Shown here: in pieces, positions 1 to 3,402 of the stretch | How positions within the stretch are numbered: the first letter of the stretch is position 1 | Layout: every line of letters begins with the position of its first letter | DNA from: a virus | Taxonomy: Duplodnaviria; Heunggongvirae; Uroviricota; Caudoviricetes | Reading direction: 5' to 3' (one strand) | DNA length: 3,402 bases | IMG/VR virus record: IMGVR_UViG_2778261300_000007 | Program-made: the position numbers and the translations under genes | Notes under the pieces: model-generated | The model's input: only the letters and a program-made list of their open reading frames with translations | Told to the model about the DNA's origin: nothing | Database searches by the model: none

Positions 1-1143
1 CTATGCTGTTTTGATATCTACGATAATCCAGTCTTTACCACGATCATCATTGTATCGGTCGGTCATTTTTCTGGATTTATGGCCTAACAACTTTTGCGTA
101 TCCAGACCCTGTTCCCGATATAACCGTTCTGACAGAGATCGCTGCTCATGAAATGTGGGCGCAGTTCCTTGCTCCCATTTTATGCCACATTTTTCCCTGG
201 CCTTTTTAAAAGCCGTTGTCAGAGTATTTGCAGAAACCTGGTCTCCTCTGTTTGCTTGAGAGGTAGTGTGACGGTAATGGACCAGATATTTACTAACAAC
301 AGCATCCCTGCACTGAGATATAACTTCACGAAGGGTAATATTCAGAGCATCGCATTTCAGGTTAAGCGGAATAGCAAGTTTTGAACCGGTTTTTTCCTGA
401 GTAATGTGCAACATGTCGTCCCAGATATCAGAGAATTTCAAATTGCAGATATCACCTAAACGTTGTCCAGTAACAAGAGCAAGTAGCATGCCGCATTTTA
501 AATAGGGCTGCCGTCTGCTTACGCTTTCAAATATTGCCTGCCATTCGGGCAGTGACAATCTTTGGCGGTTTACTCGATTTCGCGGTTGTTTTGTTGCCTG
601 CGCTGGGTTAAATCCTGGCGGAACATGTCCTGCGTGTTGTGCTTCTTTGAAGACGTCGATCAACACCATTCTCACGACTTGCGCCATCCTGTTATGACCT
701 TCAGCCTTTACAGCATCAATTATTTCGGCAATATCAAGTGCGGTAATATCCTTGAGGTGTTGCATTCCACAATGCTCACGGAAAAGACGAATGGGTTTGC
801 CTTTTTGCCGATAGGAGTTGGGTCTTAGTTCATTATGTTGCAGCCTGTCCTCCTGGATAGAAATATATTTATCAAGCCATTCTGTCACCGTAATGTCTGA
901 GCGCCTGCCTTTCATTCTTTCCAGACGCTCATTGACGCTTAATATTTGTCTGGTACGTTGTTCAGCAATAATGGTATTTGCTTCAGTAGCAACTTGTTTT
1001 GCTTCATTCTCATCAGTTCCTAAGCTATGAAAACGACCGGATAGTGGATGTTTGTATTGCCAATATACCTTTCCGGTTCGCTTATCTAATTTGCAATATA
1101 AATTGGGTATAGAGATTTTGTGAGATCGGGGTCTAGCAGCCAT
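1..1143 (-). CDS. int: Site-specific tyrosine recombinase, lambda-family phage integrase (380 aa, complete)
   Basis: Full ORF with ATG at 1143..1141 and stop at 3..1. Conserved lambda-Int-like catalytic motifs are present: TGQRLGD (Arg), HEQRSLSERLY (His-x-x-Arg), LLGHKS (His) and DRYNDDRGKDW (Tyr nucleophile), closely paralleling lambda Int TGQRVGD / HELRSLSARLY / LLGHKS / SQYRDDRGREW as recalled. The start overlaps the xis 3' end by 11 bp, the classic xis-int arrangement. Confidence 0.9.
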   Translation of the reverse strand: MAARPRSHKISIPNLYCKLDKRTGKVYWQYKHPLSGRFHSLGTDENEAKQVATEANTIIAEQRTRQILSVNERLERMKGRRSDITVTEWLDKYISIQEDRLQHNELRPNSYRQKGKPIRLFREHCGMQHLKDITALDIAEIIDAVKAEGHNRMAQVVRMVLIDVFKEAQHAGHVPPGFNPAQATKQPRNRVNRQRLSLPEWQAIFESVSRRQPYLKCGMLLALVTGQRLGDICNLKFSDIWDDMLHITQEKTGSKLAIPLNLKCDALNITLREVISQCRDAVVSKYLVHYRHTTSQANRGDQVSANTLTTAFKKAREKCGIKWEQGTAPTFHEQRSLSERLYREQGLDTQKLLGHKSRKMTDRYNDDRGKDWIIVDIKTA

Positions 1144-1369
1144 CAGCGATTATCCGTTGGAGTTTTGGGTTTGCGTTTATTGGGAGTTGCGGTTCTGCAA
1201 GCGTTCCTACAAAACGGGAATTTCGGTCAATCATCCAGTAGCGACCAACTTTTATAGCGGGTGGGGCCATCATTTTCCCTTGCGCGTATTTTTTCAGAAC
1301 TCGCTCACTTGGTGCTAAGTCCCCAAATTCTTCTTTAGCCCAGTCCTGTAAAGTGATTAGTCGAGACAT
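1133..1369 (-). CDS. xis: Excisionase / recombination directionality factor (78 aa)
   Basis: Immediately upstream of and overlapping int. The N-terminus MSRLITLQDWAKEE... and PPAIKVGRYWMI parallel lambda Xis MYLTLQEWNARQ... and PPPVKDGREYLF (winged-helix Xis fold). A strong SD (GAGGAGG, complement of 1374..1380) lies 4 nt upstream of the ATG at 1369..1367. Confidence 0.8.
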   Translation of the reverse strand: MSRLITLQDWAKEEFGDLAPSERVLKKYAQGKMMAPPAIKVGRYWMIDRNSRFVGTLAEPQLPINANPKLQRIIADGC

Positions 1370-1442
1370 TTGTCCTCCTCTTAGCTGCTGAGGGAGTTTG
1401 TGACCGATATATCTGACATGATATTAAGCTCATGGCAGGTAC

Positions 1443-1465
1443 ATCTCTTGACTGGTCATAGAGAT
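1443..1465. promoter_or_regulatory. 23-bp imperfect palindrome (ATCTCTTGAC-TG-GTCAtAGAGAT) in the intergenic region upstream of xis; candidate protein-binding (operator-like) site
   Basis: Read directly: 1443..1452 ATCTCTTGAC is the reverse complement of 1455..1465 GTCA(T)AGAGAT apart from one extra T. It lies in the 139-bp gap between the 79-aa gene stop and the xis start. No flanking T-tract on either strand, so it is unlikely to be a terminator. Confidence 0.3.
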
Positions 1466-1508
1466 AAATTTAATGCTGAGAAATGCAGTATTGAATTTAT
1501 CAATTTTT

Positions 1509-1748
1509 CTATTTCCTGCGTATGGCACGTAACTTCTTAATGTGTTCTGCCGTTTCGATCTCTTCTGCTATCCGATCTGCATCAGCTTTATTCACAGGTT
1601 CAAAGTCATGATTAAAGCGGAACATGCTGGCGATACATGTTCTGCCTTTTCGGATGTAGTGAACTTTGTTGTGGGTAGAACGCAGGATTTTGCAGGGAGT
1701 GCCGTGGTGGTCGACGTACCAGGTGTTAGGAAAAATGATTCTGAACAT
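1509..1748 (-). CDS. Hypothetical small phage protein (79 aa), family not assigned
   Basis: ORF with a good SD (GAGGTG, 5-nt spacer) upstream of the ATG at 1748..1746. Co-oriented with int/xis and with the upstream TraR-like gene, 47 bp gap. Basic C-terminus (KKLRAIRRK). No recognisable catalytic motif; family assignment would need an HMM search. Confidence 0.55.
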   Translation of the reverse strand: MFRIIFPNTWYVDHHGTPCKILRSTHNKVHYIRKGRTCIASMFRFNHDFEPVNKADADRIAEEIETAEHIKKLRAIRRK

Positions 1749-1795
1749 TTTTACACCTCAGTTGGACGATGTTGAAATTTGCTGCTTTGAGGCCA

Positions 1796-2014
1796 TCACA
1801 GTCCCCATTGTTTGTTCTTAAGTTCGATCTCCTCCTGGCAACTTGCACAAGTCCGACAACCCTGAACGGCCAGGCGTCTTCGTTCATCTATCGGATCGCC
1901 ACACTCACAACAATGAGTGGCAGATATAGCCTGGTGGTTCAGGCGGCGCATTTTTATTGCTGTGTTGCGCTGTAATTCTTCAATTCCTGATGCTGAATCA
2001 ATGATGTCTGCCAT
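1796..2014 (-). CDS. TraR/DksA-family C4-type zinc-finger protein (72 aa), phage TraR-like RNA polymerase-binding regulator
   Basis: Four-Cys motif CECGDPIDERRRLAVQGCRTCASCQ matches the TraR/DksA zinc finger (compare F-plasmid TraR CEACGNPIPEARRK...CVECQ as recalled). Size (~72 aa) and position in a phage early-left operon are as in lambdoid TraR homologues. AGGGA lies upstream of the ATG at 2014..2012. Confidence 0.85.
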   Translation of the reverse strand: MADIIDSASGIEELQRNTAIKMRRLNHQAISATHCCECGDPIDERRRLAVQGCRTCASCQEEIELKNKQWGL

Positions 2015-2063
2015 CTTTCATTAATCCCTGAATTGTTGGTTAATACGCTTGAGGGTGAATGCG

Positions 2064-2090
2064 AATAATAAAAAAGGAGCCTGTAGCTCC
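2064..2090 (-). terminator. Candidate rho-independent terminator (minus-strand sense) between the 71-aa gene and the TraR-like gene
   Basis: On the minus strand: GGAGC-TACAG-GCTCC (5-bp GC-rich stem, 5-nt loop; plus 2076..2090) followed immediately by TTTTTTATTATT (complement of 2064..2075). The stem is short, so strength is uncertain. Confidence 0.4.
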
Positions 2091-2112
2091 ATGATGATTT
2101 TGTTTTTCATGC

Positions 2113-2328
2113 TCACCGTTCCTTAAAGACGCCGTTTAACATGCCGATCGCCAGGCTTAAATGAGTCGGTGTGAATCCCATCAGCGTTACCGTTTCGCGG
2201 TGCTTCTTCAGTACGCTACGGCAAATATCATCGACGTTTTTATCCGGGAACTGCTGTCTGGCTTTTTTGATTTCAGAATTAGCCTGACGGGCAATACTGC
2301 GAAGGGCGTTTTCTTGCTGATGTGTCAT
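2113..2328 (-). CDS. Hypothetical protein (71 aa from ATG at 2328; the ORF track gives a 93-aa version from the ATG at 2394)
   Basis: Open frame ending at the TGA at 2115..2113. The internal ATG at 2328..2326 overlaps (ATGA) the stop of the candidate 27-aa micro-ORF and has a weak GGGA upstream. The longer start at 2394 has no SD, and its extension (MHFSGSGLHILCAYACRHGTCS) is Cys-rich and atypical. Start choice is unresolved. No recognisable family motif. Confidence 0.5.
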   Translation of the reverse strand: MTHQQENALRSIARQANSEIKKARQQFPDKNVDDICRSVLKKHRETVTLMGFTPTHLSLAIGMLNGVFKER

Positions 2329-2408
2329 TGAACAAGTCCCATGTCGGCAAGCATAAGCACACAGAATATGAAGCCCGCTGCCAGAAAAATGCATTCAGTG
2401 GTTGTCAT
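2325..2408 (-). CDS. Candidate 27-aa hydrophobic micro-protein (MTTTECIFLAAGFIFCVLMLADMGLVQ), not in the ORF track
   Basis: Reverse-complement translation of 2408..2325. The ATG (2408..2406) overlaps the TGA stop of the 74-aa ORF (2407..2405) as ATGA, and its TGA stop (2327..2325) overlaps the ATG of the 71-aa ORF as ATGA. It exactly fills the 77-nt gap and has a purine-rich stretch (GAGAGAGACCAGG) upstream. The hydrophobic core suggests a single short membrane helix. Confidence 0.3.
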   Translation of the reverse strand: MTTTECIFLAAGFIFCVLMLADMGLVQ

Positions 2409-2629
2409 ACCTGGTCTCTCTCATCTGCTTCTGCTTTCGCCACCATCATTTCCAGCTTTTGTGAAAGGGATGCGGCTAACGTATGAAATTCTTCGTCTGT
2501 TTCTACTGGTAGACCTCTAAATCGTGCACAGGCTCTGGCGAAGATCGCAGAAATCAAAGCTAAGTTTGGGCTGAAAGGAGCAAGTGTATGACGGGCAAAG
2601 AGGCAATTATTTATTACCTGGGGACGCAT
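2405..2629 (-). CDS. Doubtful 74-aa ORF (hypothetical); may instead be non-coding divergent control region
   Basis: ORF present in the track, but there is no SD upstream of the ATG at 2629 and the first 14 codons are antisense to the well-supported plus-strand Cro-like ORF. The only in-frame alternative start (TTG) also lacks an SD. The C-terminal part is protein-like and its stop is ATGA-coupled to the micro-ORF, so it is not excluded. Confidence 0.2.
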   Translation of the reverse strand: MRPQVINNCLFARHTLAPFSPNLALISAIFARACARFRGLPVETDEEFHTLAASLSQKLEMMVAKAEADERDQV

Positions 2630-2761
2630 AAGAGTTTCTGTGCGCAGGACGTTGCTGCGGCAACAGGTGTGACAGTAACCTGCATAAATCAGGCAGCAGC
2701 TAAAATGGCGCGTGCAGGAATCCTGGTCATTGATGGTAAGGTCTGGCGAACGTTTGTTTAA
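2588..2761 (+). CDS. Small Cro-like helix-turn-helix DNA-binding protein (57 aa), not in the ORF track
   Basis: ATG at 2588 preceded by a strong SD (AAGGAG at 2575..2580, 7-nt spacer); stop TAA at 2759..2761. The translation MTGKEAIIYYLGTHKSFCAQDVAAATGVTVTCINQAAAKMARAGILVIDGKVWRTFV has HTH plus beta-hairpin spacing like lambda Cro ([30 protein letters not shown] as recalled, versus ATGVTVTCINQAAAKMARAGILVIDGKVW). It is divergent from the leftward small-gene operon. Confidence 0.5.
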   Translation: MTGKEAIIYYLGTHKSFCAQDVAAATGVTVTCINQAAAKMARAGILVIDGKVWRTFV

Positions 2762-2907
2762 CGGTTAGCTACTCAGGATGATAGGGCGCGGCAAGTGAGT
2801 ATGAAGCGGATTTTCAGGAATGCCATCAGAGTTTGGAAATAAAGTGGGTTTTCTAGTGGCAAGAGACTTGATAATATTTAGTTCTTTGAAGCCAAGGAGA
2901 TAGGGTT

Positions 2908-3402
2908 ATGAGAAAATTTATTTTAGCCTTTGTCATAAGTGCCTCGTTTACAGCAAATGCTGGTGTAGAGAAGTTAGGGCCGTGGATAACAAAGTCTGAG
3001 ATAAATAAAATGACTGACCAGACTGACTTTGTGGCTCTTAATTTATCACCAGATTCATATAACAAAGCAGGTACTGATCGTGCAACTTCACTGGTGTTGC
3101 GTTGTAGTGATAACAAAACAGATGCCTATTTATCATTCAATGATTATATGGGTTCGGACAACCCAAGAATTACAGTGCGGTTAGATGGCGGAAAGCCGGT
3201 CAAGAGTGTTTGGGGTGGTGGGGAAGGCGGCGATTCTGCATTTGCTCCACAACCAATACAATTTATAAAGACCTTGGCTAAGCATAAAAAAGCTATTTTT
3301 GGGTTTGAACCTTATGGATCAACTATGCAAGTAGTTGAGTTTGACTTGTCTGAGATTGATAAGGTTGTGGAAAAAATTTCACAGTCTTGCAATTGGAAAT
3401 GA
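2908..3402 (+). CDS. Exported (periplasmic/secreted) protein of unknown function with N-terminal signal peptide (164 aa)
   Basis: Strong SD (AAGGAG at 2895..2900, 7-nt spacer) before the ATG at 2908; stop TGA at 3400..3402. The N-terminus MRKFILAFVISASFTANA-G has a basic n-region, hydrophobic core and A-x-A signal-peptidase I site. The mature part has exactly two Cys (possible disulfide) and a Gly-rich loop (VWGGGEGGD). No catalytic motif recognised. Confidence 0.75.
   Translation: MRKFILAFVISASFTANAGVEKLGPWITKSEINKMTDQTDFVALNLSPDSYNKAGTDRATSLVLRCSDNKTDAYLSFNDYMGSDNPRITVRLDGGKPVKSVWGGGEGGDSAFAPQPIQFIKTLAKHKKAIFGFEPYGSTMQVVEFDLSEIDKVVEKISQSCNWK

Noticed and set aside
148-384. 78-aa plus-strand ORF inside the integrase gene
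   Set aside because: Entirely antisense to the well-supported int CDS, low-complexity translation, no SD; a typical shadow ORF.
562-828. 88-aa plus-strand ORF inside the integrase gene
   Set aside because: Antisense to int; Cys/Phe-rich, non-protein-like translation; no independent support.
818-1030. 70-aa plus-strand ORF inside the integrase gene
   Set aside because: Antisense to int; Ser/Leu/Cys-rich shadow ORF.
1542-1775. 77-aa plus-strand ORF
   Set aside because: Antisense to the 79-aa minus-strand gene, which has a good SD and operon context; no SD of its own.
1769-1975. 68-aa plus-strand ORF
   Set aside because: Antisense to the TraR/DksA-like gene, whose zinc-finger motif strongly supports the minus-strand frame.
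2021-2110. 29-aa minus-strand micro-ORF (MKNKIIMELQAPFLLFAFTLKRINQQFRD) starting 2 nt after the 71-aa gene stop
   Set aside because: It spans the terminator-like hairpin and T-tract, and its hydrophobic stretch is encoded by that T-rich run, so it is more likely a by-product of the terminator sequence than a gene. Not fully excluded.
2434-2449. Short tandem repeat CTGCTT-CTGCTT
   Set aside because: Only two copies of a hexamer, within a probable UTR/control region; too short to call a repeat element or CRISPR-like array.
2853-3116. 87-aa minus-strand ORF
   Set aside because: Antisense to the signal-peptide protein gene, which has a strong SD and coherent exported-protein features; this frame is a shadow ORF.
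1-3402. Search for tRNA, rRNA, CRISPR arrays, IS terminal inverted repeats or a recognisable defence system
   Set aside because: No cloverleaf-compatible tRNA-like segment, no spacer-repeat periodicity, no transposase-like ORF and no long terminal inverted repeats. All coding capacity is accounted for by int/xis and small genes, none with a recognisable nuclease, ATPase or other defence-enzyme motif.

Overview
This window looks like the integration-proximal end of a lambdoid prophage or related integrative element. On the minus strand a complete lambda-family tyrosine integrase (1..1143) is overlapped by an excisionase (1133..1369). Upstream of these, on the same strand, lies a compact leftward operon of small genes: a 79-aa hypothetical protein, a TraR/DksA-type C4 zinc-finger protein, and a 71-aa hypothetical protein. 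A possible 27-aa hydrophobic micro-ORF sits ahead of the 71-aa gene with ATGA overlaps at both ends. Beyond that is an apparent divergent control region with a 57-aa Cro-like HTH ORF on the plus strand that the ORF track did not list, followed by a plus-strand gene for a 164-aa exported protein with a signal peptide. I see no rRNA, tRNA, CRISPR array, IS element or obvious defence enzyme. The attachment site should lie just left of position 1 and is not in the window. Family assignments rest on reading motifs and recalled homologues, not on searches; the candidates worth follow-up are the micro-ORF, the Cro-like ORF and the exported protein.
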